From contig CM068758.1 of the NCBI GenBank assembly GCA_035084275.1, positions 186,001-250,000 of the forward strand: DNA of 64,000 nt, written 5' to 3'. This document shows positions 35,200 through 60,980 of the stretch, piece after piece. The DNA is from Hydrolagus colliei. Its lineage: Eukaryota. Within the stretch, counting starts at the first letter, position 1, and every line of letters begins with the position of its first letter. A model generated the notes under the pieces. The model saw nothing but the letters and a program-made list of their open reading frames with translations, was not told the origin of the DNA and did no database searches. Made by a program: the position numbers and the translations under genes.

Positions 35200-36354
35200 A
35201 TGGAAACAATTGGGATAACCAGACGTCCATTGTCACATGGCAACTCATCCTCAACTGTAAACTCCTCCTCCTCCTCCTCGGCCAACGAGCTAGTGATGAC
35301 TTCGCTGCTGGGGACCATTCTGACCTCGATGGGCCTCTTGGGAATCGTGGGCAACGTCTACGTCCTGATGGTGATGAACTTGTCCAGGAAGTTCACTGGC
35401 TCCATGTACCTGTACATCATGAACCTGGCTTTGTCCGATCTCATTTATCTGTCCACCATCCCCTTTGTGCTCTGCACCTATTTCCTGAAGGACTGGTACT
35501 TTGGCCACGTGGGCTGCAGGATCATTTTCAGCTTGGACTTTCTCACCATGCACGCCAGCATCTTCATCCTGACCGTCATGAGCACTGAGAGATACCTGGC
35601 CGTGGTCAAACCCTTGGACACCTTGGGAAGAAACCGGAACTACAGGAAGACCATTATGTGCCTGGTCTGGCTCGTCTCCTTCCTCTTGGCCCTTCCTACC
35701 ATGATAATGATCGACCGCAGACAAATAGTCAACAACGGAGCCACCAAATACATCTGCCACCCTACCTGGCCTCCGAACGTCTACAAGGTCTACTTTACCG
35801 TGCTCTTCAATACCAGTGTCCTGGCCCCAGGACTGGTCATTGGATTCATGTACACGAGGTTAGCTCAGACCTATTGGGTGTCCCAGTTCAAAGAAGTCAG
35901 GCAGTCTCCAAAACAGAAGATCCTCTATATGATCTTCGGTATTGTCCTGGCCTACTGTGTCTGCTTCTTGCCGTTTTGGTTGTGGCAACTCTTCACCCTG
36001 TACTGGCAGGAGTCCATCAAGCTCTCTCCCAAAACCGTCGCCTACGTGAACCTTTTGGTGACCTGCTTCGCCTACAGCAACAGTTGCGTCAACCCTTTTC
36101 TCTACACTCTGCTGTCCAAAAATTACAAAGACTACTCGAGAAACCGGCAGAAGAGAATGGTGGAGTTCACCAGGAGGCACCGGGGGCCTCCGTCACAACC
36201 ATCAGCCTCGTCTGGGACCAATCATTACATCGATAACCCAACAGTCACCAAGTTAGAGAGACCAGGCGAGTGTGGGCCTGAAAATGTGAGTACAAAAATG
36301 TATATATATATATATATATATATAGATAATTATTTTGATCAACCGGGTGTGTGA
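35200..36354 (+). CDS. UTS2R: Urotensin II receptor-family class A GPCR (384 aa as a single ORF; extreme C-terminus uncertain)
   Basis: Seven hydrophobic segments; GN in TM1, LALSD in TM2, W-F-G-C loop, LDFLTMHASIFILTVMSTERYLAVVKPLDT (UTS2R-type TM3/ERY), CFLPFWLWQL in TM6, NSCVNPFLY in TM7; N-terminal NSS sequons. Subtype not resolved. Confidence 0.9.
   Translation: METIGITRRPLSHGNSSSTVNSSSSSSANELVMTSLLGTILTSMGLLGIVGNVYVLMVMNLSRKFTGSMYLYIMNLALSDLIYLSTIPFVLCTYFLKDWYFGHVGCRIIFSLDFLTMHASIFILTVMSTERYLAVVKPLDTLGRNRNYRKTIMCLVWLVSFLLALPTMIMIDRRQIVNNGATKYICHPTWPPNVYKVYFTVLFNTSVLAPGLVIGFMYTRLAQTYWVSQFKEVRQSPKQKILYMIFGIVLAYCVCFLPFWLWQLFTLYWQESIKLSPKTVAYVNLLVTCFAYSNSCVNPFLYTLLSKNYKDYSRNRQKRMVEFTRRHRGPPSQPSASSGTNHYIDNPTVTKLERPGECGPENVSTKMYIYIYIYIDNYFDQPGV
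36301..36324. repeat. (TA)12 microsatellite within the predicted GPCR ORF
   Basis: Seen directly. Confidence 0.95.
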
Positions 36355-39300
36355 CACACGCATTGGAAACCCATCACAGTTGCTTAAGAGCATCCAAACC
36401 AAGCCGAAAATTCCACATGGAAATCCCAGAGATAGATGGTTGGAATGGAATGTGCCCTCCCTCTCTCTCTCTCTCTCCCCCCGGAGGGGCCCACCCTGCT
36501 TCCCCAAAATCCCGGAAAATATTAAGTCCAGGCTGGCAACAGCCACCCTGGGGACTGCAGAGCATGTGTTGGGAGTCAAACCAGACAAACCCACACAACT
36601 TGCCATTGCTATTGCCGTCTGGCAAGGCTTTCCCGCTGATTGTCCATCTCGGATCATCCTCAGCAGGGCTTGGGTTGGAGTGTATAGATCTATTCCATCG
36701 TATGGATTAATTTCCCCAAATACATCTTTGTTATTTTAAGTGTGTGTTTTTAAACGTTTTATTATAAAATATTAATAATCCTTGCATTTGACATATAAAA
36801 GTATTGTACTTTTCACGTCTTCTAGCTTAGACGACTCAAAGCGCTTCACAGAATATACTGTAAATATATTGACTCTATATTTTGTGGGTGCGTCCCCACA
36901 AACAGTAGTGGATTGAGTAACCAAATTGAATTTTGGTACAGATAAGCGTAGAGGACGATAACATGAATCCTTCCATTTGGTACTTTCATGTGAAGAGAAT
37001 GACAACAACAACAACAACAAACTACACTTATAGAGTTGGGAGGACGTCCCAAAACAACAAAACATCCCAAAGCTGCTTCGCAGAAATTTACTGTGGAGTT
37101 GTTTGCGGGGTTTCCAAGTAAACAAAGCAACATCTGTACAGAACTGTAATGTGTAGTGATAACCTTTGTACCACAGACAAGATAAATCCCAGATAACGGA
37201 GACAGGCATTAAAGCCTAGACATGAAATGATGAAACCACTGAGATACCAGACGTATAAAAAGAATCCTTTATGTTTTCATGTAGAAACCTTTCATACTTC
37301 TCTCTCTTTCTCTCTCTGATTAATTGCAGTCTGGAAACCGAACCACGGATCCGAAAGTGCCGCATAACATTCAGGTTTATATAACAATTCAAATTCATGT
37401 TACCAATCAAAATGCTAATACAGTCGTGCGTTTTTTACAATCTTATGTTCCCATTAAAATCACATTATTCCACACGGCAACCTCAGTTTAATTAAATCTT
37501 GATCGGAAAGTTGTCGTTTGAGTGCCTTCTGTTTGGGGCTGAGTGAAAGGTGTTTGTTGAGCCTGGGGTAAGAGTGTTCAATACAATGTATTATTACAGG
37601 ACGATATTATAGTTAGTTATTCCGTTGAGTTTGAAATTGGTTCTTGTTACGAGGGAGTGAACAGTTCTCCCTTTTGTCTTATTTCATGAAATACTTTCAT
37701 CAGATTTCACTATATGTACTGTCTCAGGATAGAGAAGGCTTTGGACCTCAATGCTTTACAATATTAAATAACAACAAACAAAATTACACTTGTATTAATG
37801 GCCTTCGCGTCAGGAGAACGTCCCAAGGCACTGCAGAATCTAAAAATGACCAGAAAACGTTTAATTATTTTTTTAACCCCCAAAAAACAATGTATGGTTT
37901 CTGTTATTGAAAAGGGGGGAGGGTAAAAAAAACCCCCAGCTGAACTGACATTTATAATAAATTTCCTGTGTTAGGATTTAAAAATAAGGCAAGGGGTGAT
38001 AGCGCTTAATATTGCTGGCAAACCAAAGACTATTATGTTGCTGTTATTTAACGCTAGGACCTAAGGTTAATTAACTTAAGACATTGCAAATCCATCCCAG
38101 ACCCACAATGGGGTGAATATCCTGTCTCTGTTGTCTCTCTTGTCTCTAAGAGGCTGAAGGGAAATGAATTTTGTGCTGGAACAGCCTGGCTCAGTATTTA
38201 GCACAAACCATCCTCAATTCAGTACAAACTGGTAACTTCACTCAAGGGCAGCAAACTTTGCTGGGAGAAGAAATGACACAAACACAAAAGTTGGTGTTCA
38301 ATGAGAAAAGCCACTGGTGAAGTGGCACTGTCTGTAAATAAATAAACCACAATTGTTTCTTGTGTTGCAGATCCCAAGAACCTGATCCCAAGTGTTGTTT
38401 GGTAGCTCAGCATCCTTCACGTCAATGAGAAACGCCCAGATATAGAAACCAGACCTACAGCTGGGGTCAGGAGACCTTTCTTCATTTCAAACAGAATTTT
38501 ACTCTTTAATAAGAGAAGCTCACGCACCAGAAACTCAACTGGAAACTTCATCAAATAGCCTTTTGTGTGTGTGTGTGGTACTGAGCATCAGAATAACATC
38601 CTTGCAGTTTCCAAAACTGTAATGTCAAGCAAACGTATGAAACAGTCTCAATATCAACACGGATTCCAGTAAACACCAACTGATCAGGGTGAATTAAGTT
38701 TCATGTTGGGCAACACCATTTACAATATGAATCTTTAAAGGGAATTGCCAGATTTTGCAGTATTAGCAGCATTGCGTTACTGGCTATTTTGCAGAAGGAA
38801 AAGCATTTGAGAACCTTTACTGTTCTATGTTCTAATATCATCACTTACTATTTGCCTGTATGATGTTTTGTTGGAATAAAATTATTCTAAACTCCTGGTA
38901 TGTATCTACAGTGTTGTGCTGTGGTGAATGTTCAGTGTATTGCAAACACCACCAGACTGTAATGTACTTTCCCTTTAGTAGGTGGTTCTGTAGACTAGTC
39001 TAAGGTTTCCTTCATGTCGTTACAAACAGCAAAATAAATAGACATCATCGTCACATGCAAAAATTTTCACTTTTTCCACAAAGTTCCACAAAATAGATAT
39101 GAAACCTGCGGCCGATTTGGAATGACTGTCGGCTCGGATACTAACACAGAAACTCCCGTCACTTTTGAAATAGTTTTTATCAAAGTTTTTAACACCACCT
39201 GAACAAGACTTTCAAGGTTTTCTCTCGTGTGTGAAGAATGGCATTTCCAACAATACAGCAACGCACCGAAGTGTCTTCCACGAGACCACAAACGAGCTCC

Positions 39301-41242
39301 AGAGCAGAGAAGGAGCCTCTGGAATTCAAAATATCTCAAAACCCCGAAGGCTTGGATCACTACCAACTGAACAACAACATCAACTTTGACTTATATTGCG
39401 CCCTCCACGCAGGACGGCGTCTCAGAGCGCTTCACAGTAACCGGGATCCCGGGACCGAGCCAGGGGCAGGGGGTAGAGAGAGAGAGTGGGGGACCAAATA
39501 CTAAGGACTAATTGAAGGAGCAAATACCGGGAAGAAAACTACTCAAATAGCAGAACCTACTTTAGGAACACTGCAGTTTTATGACCAGTTTCCATCTGAA
39601 ATGCACCGTGATTAAAGTCTAGTAATCCTCTCTCAACAACTGCTTTTGAGTTGGCTGGACTTACTCAGTATTGGCAGAATTTTAATTAATATTATTGTAA
39701 TCCTACATTCCCCCCCCCAAAAAAAATAGCAGTGAAAATGATATTATTCTTTAACATCAATTAAAACACAAAACAACTTTAGGGAATAGTAAGTCAGGAA
39801 CCCCCCCCCCCCCTGTGAAGGTACTTTGGGTGCATTAATGAAGTCAACACGCAATGTCAACACACGCAAGCAAATGTCAAAAGAAACTTCAAAAATCCGA
39901 CTGATTGCTTCTCTTGTGTGGCGAATGACGCCCTCAATCAGCCCTCCTGTCCTCAGGCAAAGCATGCAGTTCACGCCGAGGGAGAACAACAAACATTGGC
40001 CGCAGCAGCAGCTCCTGCGTCAATGACAGATTCCATCGGCTACTTATCCACCCGACCGGTTTACTAACAACGCAAAAACTATACAAAAAAAACGATGCAA
40101 ATCGCGCTTTACCTGGTTCTGACTTGCCACCAACTTGCACTTGGCAACCCTCCAACACAGGGTAAGGTCTCAAGAGCGTTTTTAGCGAAGGGATCTCTTG
40201 AATCCAATGGTTCCAGTTCCAATGGAAGAGTGTACCACCCGGGGCGGTGGGGAAACATTCATCTCAGTTCAGAGGTTCGACAACACATTTTCAGCGTTTT
40301 TTTTAAAAACAAAAACCTCCCAAAAAACCTACTTAGTTTGATTTATTATTCAACTATTGTTACCCAACTCCCACCCCAGGATACTGATTGCTAGGGATGA
40401 CATACAGCAATCACCAATTCATTAAAAGCGCAGCTGTTCATTCTCAAAACAGGTGCCACGTATTATCAGTCAATTATTCGCTTTACAGTATATTGTGTGA
40501 AGCTCTTCGAGACGTTGATCAGATGTGAAAAGCCGCTATATCAAATGCAACGATTATTATTATTATTTCATTACGTTTTCTCTCGTCAAAAACTCTCAAA
40601 CCTGCTGTTGCTATGATAGAGACGGTGAACCAGGCAGATTGTTTCCAGTCGACTAATAAATGGGGAGACTGGATCTCAGTGAAATTAAGACGGTAGAGAG
40701 AAAAAAAACATCTAGGTCAACAGAGAATGTTGACCAGAGTTAAATCTTCCGAGTATTTTTATTTGAAAACACAAAAACGAGTAGTCGAGCGGGTTTGCAA
40801 AAGGCTTTCAACACCTCTATCTTGTGCATGTGTCAGTGGATGACGCAATGAATACACCTTTAATAGAGGTAATCATGTTGATACGAATTGATTGTCTCTC
40901 GGCTTCATTGGCCTCTGGTTTGATAATGCAAATTATCAAGCCTTTCTAGTTTGATAATGGAAATTAATTTTTAAATGAGAGAGAAGCCAATCGCTAGCTG
41001 AGAGTTGGTGCAATCTGTATCCTTCTTTTGAATTCACAATGCAATGTGTGCCAGGGTGGTCCAACCTATTAGGGGTGGGGGGTCGAGGGACAGATGCCAT
41101 GTTTGAGAAACACACCAGACTGTAAAAGCAATATTTTTATCTTTCCCTTCCAGAAACATAAAATAATCACAGAAATCCTACATTTTAAATTGTTTTGGAC
41201 TATATTACTTGATAAGTGATCATTTCAAATGGAAATCGATGC

Positions 41243-41281
<39 letters not shown>

Positions 41282-42314
41282 GGTATACTGTAGTGAAGTC
41301 CAACCCCAAGATATGGACTGTATATGGAGACCCTTTGAGAGATTGCTCAACAACACCATTAATCCATCATCTCAAAACCAACTCTAAACTTTTAACAGAT
41401 ATATGACTTGCAAACAAACAAGGCTCTGGCGTAACCCACCTCCTGCTCCCACTGTAATCCTCCAGCTTCCAGATCGACCTTGATCCCTACCGAGAGTTAT
41501 AGCTCTGGAGTTTGGGATTCACATGGCTGCCTGTGGCTTGGGATGTGTGACAGGATGGGGAGATAGCCTCCTGTCAGTCTCCACGCTGCCTGAGGGAGGC
41601 TGGCCCATAAGGCATGTGTTGGGCCTGGCTGCAGTATGTAGATTGTTGAAGGTGTATGGTACTTTAACACTGTACACTTATTCCTCGCTTAACCTTGTAC
41701 AATGCAAATCTTAATTATAGGTTATACTCTAAACCAGTTTACAATAACAACAAAAAAATTACACTTGTACAGTACAGAGCCTTTTACATCAGGAGGGTGT
41801 CCCATGGCGCTGCTTTAGGACAGGTAATAATAACAAATAAATCTTGCATTTTGATATAGCACTTTTCACATCTTCTAGGAATCTCAAAATGCTTCACAGA
41901 ATGTAAAGTGCATTGATTGTATATTTGTGGGCGAAACGCGGCAGCCGATTGTACACAGGTAACATTATATGAACGGATAGGTCATTTGACTCGTCAAATC
42001 CACTTTTGTTTTTCCCCAAACAGTATTACATTCTATACATTCTTCACTGGACTAATCTTATTTCACTTCTAGAGGTGGGAATCTGCCAATAGTCCTTTAC
42101 CTATTGCCACATTTCACCCACAAAATACCCAATCAATCCACTTTACAATATATTCTGCGAAGCACTTTGAGATGTCTTTAACAATGTCGTAAAGTATTAT
42201 GTCAAATGCAATGATAATTATTATAAGTACCTGTAATTGGTTCAGTAATCAAAAGATTTGTTTTGAGAATAAAATCCATTAATTGGAAACAGTGCAGATA
42301 TTTAAAGTTTGAAT

Positions 42315-45300
42315 TTTATTGCATATATAACAAAAATGAATCAGACCTCTTGTGGCCAACATTCTGCTCAATCATCACCAACCATCCAATTCAGTCCATA
42401 CCTCATTCAATTCCATCAATAATTAAAAATACCTCGATTCACAGTTAACACAAAGATTTTGTACATGGTTAACAAAATTGGTGCTAAAATGGGTAAAAAG
42501 ACTTTAGCAGCAACATTGAAAAAGGCAAAAAAAGCATAAAAATTTTCCTAAAAATTATGTTACTAGTTAATAAATATGTGTTTAAATCAATTTAATTTGC
42601 AAAAAAAATAGACGTTCATTTCAGGGGTGCGGGTGGTGGGGAGGGAGGGGGAGAAAGGACAAGTCTCTTATGTATAGAAGTCAAGAGTGCGTGTCAAGGC
42701 TGGACAGGAACTTTGAACATTTTCACCTCAGAGGTTAATGATGAACACAGTAAATTTTAAAAGTTTTAAAAGCTCACAAGATGGTCAGAAAAGAACATTG
42801 TATTCAAACGGGAAAAGTTCTACAGATGCACAGTAGACGATAAAGATCATTACAGTATATACACGACAGGGGAAGCACAATGAGAGTTTGCACAAACAGT
42901 ACAAAAGTGAAATGGGGACAGATGTTGATAAATGACGCACCTTCTAGGACTGTTTTATTGCAGCACAACAGATTGCTGTCACAATAGATTGAGGGTCAGG
43001 TCCTATTACAAAACTCCGGGGTAATGGGTTAGGTGTGAAAAATGTAGCTACTGTATATATATATATTTTCCCCAAAAAAAGTTTTCTGTACACATTCTAT
43101 ACCTAATAGCCCCAGAATTTTACAGTCAAGAGTTCCCAATCCCACACCAGTAAAGTGACACACTGATTTTGCAATATCACCATGTTTTTTTTAAACTGGG
43201 TTATAGCTACCTTTAAATCACCGATCAATCACCATCGATGCTTGCAATCAGTGGCTATCAGCTCAAATACCCAATAATTAAACCACCAGTCGCATTTGCA
43301 GCCTGTTTGGTCTGTTCTTGGCTGAGATGCTGGGCAGTTTGGAATGGCAAAGGAGTTATTGTTTTTCCCCCTAAATATAGACTGTTGTAATGCACCAACT
43401 TTAATGTGTGTAAGTAAATATCTGTAGGTTGCAGCATTATAATTTGCATTTCTTGAAATCCGAATTAAATTTGTTGAGTTATTTTTCCCTCTCCTCTACT
43501 TTTACTCACTCAAAATGTGGCATACGTTTCTGGAAGAAACAGTAACCGCATCCATGAAGCCCTGCACCCTTCTCAAACGGAGAAAAATCCACTAAACCTT
43601 TCCGATTGTTACAATCATTTACAAATTCAGATTTTAATCTCTACGCTTAACACTCCCGATTATAAACTGACACGAGATCCCACACCGGGCGGGTAGTGAA
43701 CGGGACAAATGGGACCTTATTGTTACTGTCCCCCAAGACAGTATTGATAACAACAATTTGTAGAGCAACCATTTCAAATGTGAGTCATTATTTGTAGCAT
43801 AAATAGGCGCAGTCCTGATCACTGGCAGGAACCTTTGCTGTTCAGGAGAGGAAAGATCGTGGTAAATGTGACAGCTTCCACATTGTGGCTGAAAATCATT
43901 CTCGAAGCTCACACGTAAATAATGTCAGTTCAGCGAAACATCAGACAGAGGACAAATCAAACCGATGAACTGGATGGACCCCAGCAGAACAGTAGGAGAG
44001 AGGAGAACTTCAGTTAAAACTGCTTGCATCTGAGTTAAGAGCTACCAACGAGTATTTGCAAAACTGGGTCAGAATCTTAAAACTGTTGAAAATGGTACAG
44101 AAGTGTATTACAAAAATAAATACAATTGGACAGCCTACAGCCCTGCCCTGTTTTCTTTGACTATTTTTTTTTGCTTTAAATAGGTTATTATGTATGTACT
44201 AATTCTGCTGAAAACTAAGCACAATGGTACTGTAGTACAGTCCACCCCCCACCCTCTTTCCCTGGGAACAATGGAAACAGTAGTTATTTGGTAAAGCTTG
44301 TAAAATAGGACGTCATAAACGAGTGTTATTCCCAACAGCACTGAGGTGAGGGAACATGTGTGAGCAGGCGACAGCAATCAATGTCAAGTAAACCTTCTGC
44401 AAACTTATAGCAGATTAATTGTAGACAAAATGCCCCTTGCCATTCTCAAACAATGCTCTCGTACAAATAGCCCACCATCACAGCAAATACCTCTCTCGGA
44501 ATAAATACAATTGAGTTGTGAAAATTTAACAAATTCACTCTGCAAGGCTTTTTTAAAAAAAAAAATATTGCAACAGAGGAAAATCTAGTAGCTAGCACCG
44601 CAGATCAGGTAATGCTGGATCTCTTGCAATTCACTTCCTAAAGAGTTAAATTGTTTTAACGTGCATTCACAGGTTATGCTTTTCTATTGGGAGTTTGATT
44701 TTAAGAAATTGTTAATTCCCTTCAGCGATGCCTTGCAAACTTTTTTTTAATATATCTTGCCAGTTTTGTTTGATTTGCATCTGTAAGTGAACAGAATTGA
44801 GCATTCTGACTTGTCCCTCAAAAACTATTATGCACCAAATGACCCAACAAATTAACTAAATGCCTCCTTACTACACTCCTAAATCAGTACGTCTATCCTG
44901 TAGAGGACAATTAACTTTTGTTCCACCCACAAGGGGAAAAAAAACACATAAGTCCAAAATGCCCCTATCTCGTTTTATATTTCTATGGACTGGAATTTTG
45001 TCCCAGATGCAGCAAACACCATCATTGAGCCCAAGGAAAAGACTTAACAAGAAAAGTGTTTGCCCATCGCCCCTCTTCACCCGCAACTGATTTCTTTAAA
45101 CTTAAAAAAAACGTTGTGGAAATTGAAAATACTGGCCCTCTACCATAACCGTATTGTGCAAATGCAAACATAGATACAAAATAAAACGGATCTGACTGTT
45201 AAGTTGAGGTACTGCAGTTATAATTCACATTTGTGTACTTAGGAGCCCAAGGGTAACTAAGTTAGTTTTCAGCTTTAAAGTGCCACGAGGCCAGACACAT

Positions 45301-48300
45301 GTTCAAGTTTTTACACCCATCACCAATGACTTGCTCCAAGATAATGATGAGTTAAAATCAGGGATTACACTCTCTTGTATTCCTTTTTTTTTAAAACCCT
45401 GCAAGGCCACACTTGTGAGGAAAGTTGCTAATATTAGATGTGTTATGGTGCAGTCAAAAAAGTTCAAACGTCTAATTACTCCTGCAATGCTTGAAAAAGG
45501 TATATTCTTTTAAGACAAAATGGATTTGTTATACTTAAAATACATTTTATGCTAAATCTTTAAACATATTTGCTCTGCCAGGGGACGGGAAGAGAAACCA
45601 TACAAGTACAGGGTTTATAAAACACAATAGATCCATTTAGAGGGACAAGACAGCTTCCCTATTTGAAAGGCACAGATTGTATGTAGTGGTTTGCAAGACC
45701 CCTCCCTGTCCCCAAGAAAATAAAGGAACACATTTATGTGGCCTAAATAAATAAAAGCTATGGTGCCACTAGTTAGAATGTTTAGTACTGTATGTGCAAC
45801 TAATCTTTTCTGTAAACAGTGTGCGTCATTTCACTTCTGCACAGCACACGTAACATTAGACTTGATGAGGGGAGGCTCAAGGAAAATGCCAGACCCTTTG
45901 ACCAGCCTGAACCATAGATTTGCAAATGAGGGTGTTGCTGAATCAGAAAGGAGGACTAACTATGTAGACATGACATATGTTTCCAAGATTTGTAACACAC
46001 AACACAGTAATGTGTCCTGTAACTCCACAGTACTGCCTTTGAATCACTCGCAAATTCACAACACTCATAAGAAACGTCTTGTCAAGACGTGTTTTGAATC
46101 TTGAGTTTTTGAGGAACTGATGATATATATTTTTTTAAATTTAACAGCAAGTTTACATCTATTACTGTATGGGCATTTTATTTCAACCAACTTAGTAACT
46201 TTAACAGCTTTCAAATTTGAGACCCTTTGTTTTTTAACAGATAACCAGACCAATTTCTGTAGCCAAAAATAATTAAAAACCTTCATGCGATTCAATAGCT
46301 CAATCAAACTACGCATTGTTTTCAAACTTGAAACCTGTTAACGGTTTACCAGTCTTGTTTGAGTTGATTATTCAGATTAACGCAAGAGGAAGAACACAAT
46401 TTAAAAGGTATGAACTTTAGAATAAGCACAGTATCTTTAGTTTTCTGCACCAACTGCAGCCAATCTGAGGTTATTAAAACCCTTCTACCAACTATTTGCA
46501 GCGTTTTGATGGTAAACACTTTCAACAGCTGACATGAGCATTACCCGAGACTGCCGTTTCCAGTTATGCTTTACAACGTGTAGACCTGACGTTTAGATCT
46601 ACGGAAGCAAATCGATATATGCAGCTTGATTTTAAATTGTAAAAGGTGAACTCTGCATCTGTGAATGAGTCGCTGGACAATTCATTCTTTCTGAATTTAC
46701 ACAAATTTCTCCCGTTGAAATTCAGTGAGACCGTTCTAAGATTAATATTTTGGACAACAATCAAGAGATTCAGTTTGCTCCAGAAATTATATTAGAAAAA
46801 CTGTGACCCTATGTATACAAAACTGCATTTTTAAAAACACATTTGAATTAAAAAAAACACAACATTTCAGAGAACATTAGTCTTTAAAAAAAAGCACTAA
46901 CTTCAGATTTAACTTTTCCATGATTATGATCCTTGCATTTCAAAGCCAAACAGTGGTCAAGTGAACCCAAACTTGTGAGAGGTCCACAGGTCAGGTAGCT
47001 GCAAAACATCTGGAAACAAGTACCTACCATAACCACATAAATCAGTTGTCATCAACCTGGCTTGATTTCGTACTCGGGTCAATTTTTGGAACACTTTAGA
47101 TATTTTCCAATGAAAGGGATTCTGTTTGTTTTTAATTAGGAAAAGTACAAATTCACTGAAACGTGGATGGTTTCTCCCTGCCCCTACTCCCCCCTCCTCT
47201 CACCAACCCCATCAGCTTCAGAAATGTTTCTGTTTAAAGATCATAATTTCAGGGGGGAAAAAAAAATACCTCCTGAATATAATCTTTGTCTAAATACCCC
47301 TGTTTATACTAGAAAACAAAGAAAACAGGACAAAATTTGTAGCATTTGTAAAAGATGCAGCCATTTGTTCAAAACATTCCTATAGGTGTTCCGGGATGTA
47401 AAGATTTTAGGTTTAAGATCATCAGGTTAAATGCCTAATCCATTAATACCAGCGTCAATCACCCCACTAACTAAGTCAAGTTTACAGACCTAATCTTGGT
47501 ATCCTTCTTGATTTTGGAGTAGCTCAATAGAGCTGCCGCTGTTCACCTCCCTCTTTTGTACCTTAACATGAAATCAGGCTGTCAGGTGTAAAGACAGAAC
47601 ACCTGAACTTTGTTCTTCACGAACAATGCACAGATTTGGCTAGAAAACAGTACCCATTAGATTTTTCTTACTTTAACTCCTCTGAGAAAACATCTCTTTA
47701 TTCACCCTTTGAGTATTGAAAGATGCTTTCAGCCTTCAATATAAATCGCTCTTTACTTTCATACAAGATCTGCAAAACTGATAATCTGATGAGGATTATG
47801 ATGAAATGGAATTCCAAGAATACACAGAACTAGAAGATTCCTTAGTTTAACATGTTCTTTGAATAATCTAACATTTTTAATGCAATACATTTTGGATTTT
47901 AGAGCCAAAAAGCTACTGTAGTCCTGAAAAGATTCCTCTCCTTCGAGAAAAAAATGTTTAGTACTTTTTAAATAGTTGTGATTTTTTCAAAACAGTTTGT
48001 TAGCACATTGATGAGAAATATAATTCTTTTAACAAAATAGATTAAAAATTATAATTTGACTTGGTTAAAACACTCTAGCAAGATTATTGACTGCTTGTGC
48101 TAAAAAAAAAGGATACTGTAGCTACAAACAGAGCAAATGTTTTCTTCAGCACCTGGTAATTTCTAAATGACAGTTTCCACTTTTGTGAGAATGAAAAAGT
48201 CTTAATGGGACCCACTTATTCAAGAGGAGGGGATAGAATACAGGAAACAGGAGAGGAGAAAATGTGCAAGGATCGGTCAAGTTTCACTGTGCAAAGTAAG

Positions 48301-48620
48301 TCTTTGAAATAAAGTTTTAAGCACGCAACTTAAAATATATAATACAACTAAAACAGGTCCATTTGTTCTGTCTTACAGACTCGGTATCTGCTTGGGACTG
48401 CGAGCTTCCTGGTCTGCTGCAGGGTCTCCTTTCAATCCCAACCATCTTCTGCCTTTTGACTCCATCATCGTTGCATCACTTGTGAGTCACCAAACCCCTG
48501 TAGATCAGCACATCGTGAGAGTTCTGCTGGGTCACACAGTTTGCTGCCCGACAAGAAACCCAAAGGACTTTCCCCCAGTAGTGTTCTTCTCAACAGTTTC
48601 AAAGCAATAATCCATTTGCT
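42315..48620 (-). other. SMURF1: Probable long SMURF1 3' UTR ending near an AATAAA (42315-42320 on the minus strand; alternative signal at 42954-42959)
   Basis: AT-rich and nearly free of the SINEs that are dense elsewhere; SINE remnants resume just below 42.3 kb. Confidence 0.55.
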
Positions 48621-60561
<11,941 letters not shown>

Positions 60562-60629
60562 CTGCAAGAGAAAACATTTAAAATTAATTTAACAATTGCG
60601 TTCCTTCCAATTACCCTCTGTCCCCAACA

Positions 60630-60980
60630 GGAACAACAAAACCACATTTATAGAGTGCCCTTCACTTCGGGAGGACGTCTCAAGGCGCTGAACAGTCAGG
60701 GGTCGTAACCCCAGCATGGAGATGGGGCAGGGGAGTGGGGATGGGAGGGAGAGAAATGGGAGGGTAGCAGAAGGCACCATTGAAAAGGAGGGTCTTGAGA
60801 CTGGCTTTGAAGGAGGCAAGGGAGGAAGCGAGGCAAAGGGTCTGTGGGATGGAGTGTGGGGGCAGAGAGGCTGAGGGTGGGAGACATGGAGCTGAATGGA
60901 AAGGGCGGGCAGATTGGTAGGGAGTCAGCAGATCAGAGAGATAGGAAGGGGCAAGGCCGTGGATGGCCTTGAAACTGGAA
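60630..60980 (-). mobile_element. L2 LINE 3' fragment in SMURF1 intron 1
   Basis: acatttatagagtgcccttcac...gggaggacgtctcaaggcgctgaaca matches the 3' end of the L2 at 22561; ggggcaaggccgtggatggccttgaa matches its ORF2 end. Confidence 0.75.

Noticed and set aside
35193-36236. Overlapping alternative-frame and antisense ORFs on the GPCR
   Set aside because: Expected shadows of a GC3-rich coding sequence; no recognisable domains.
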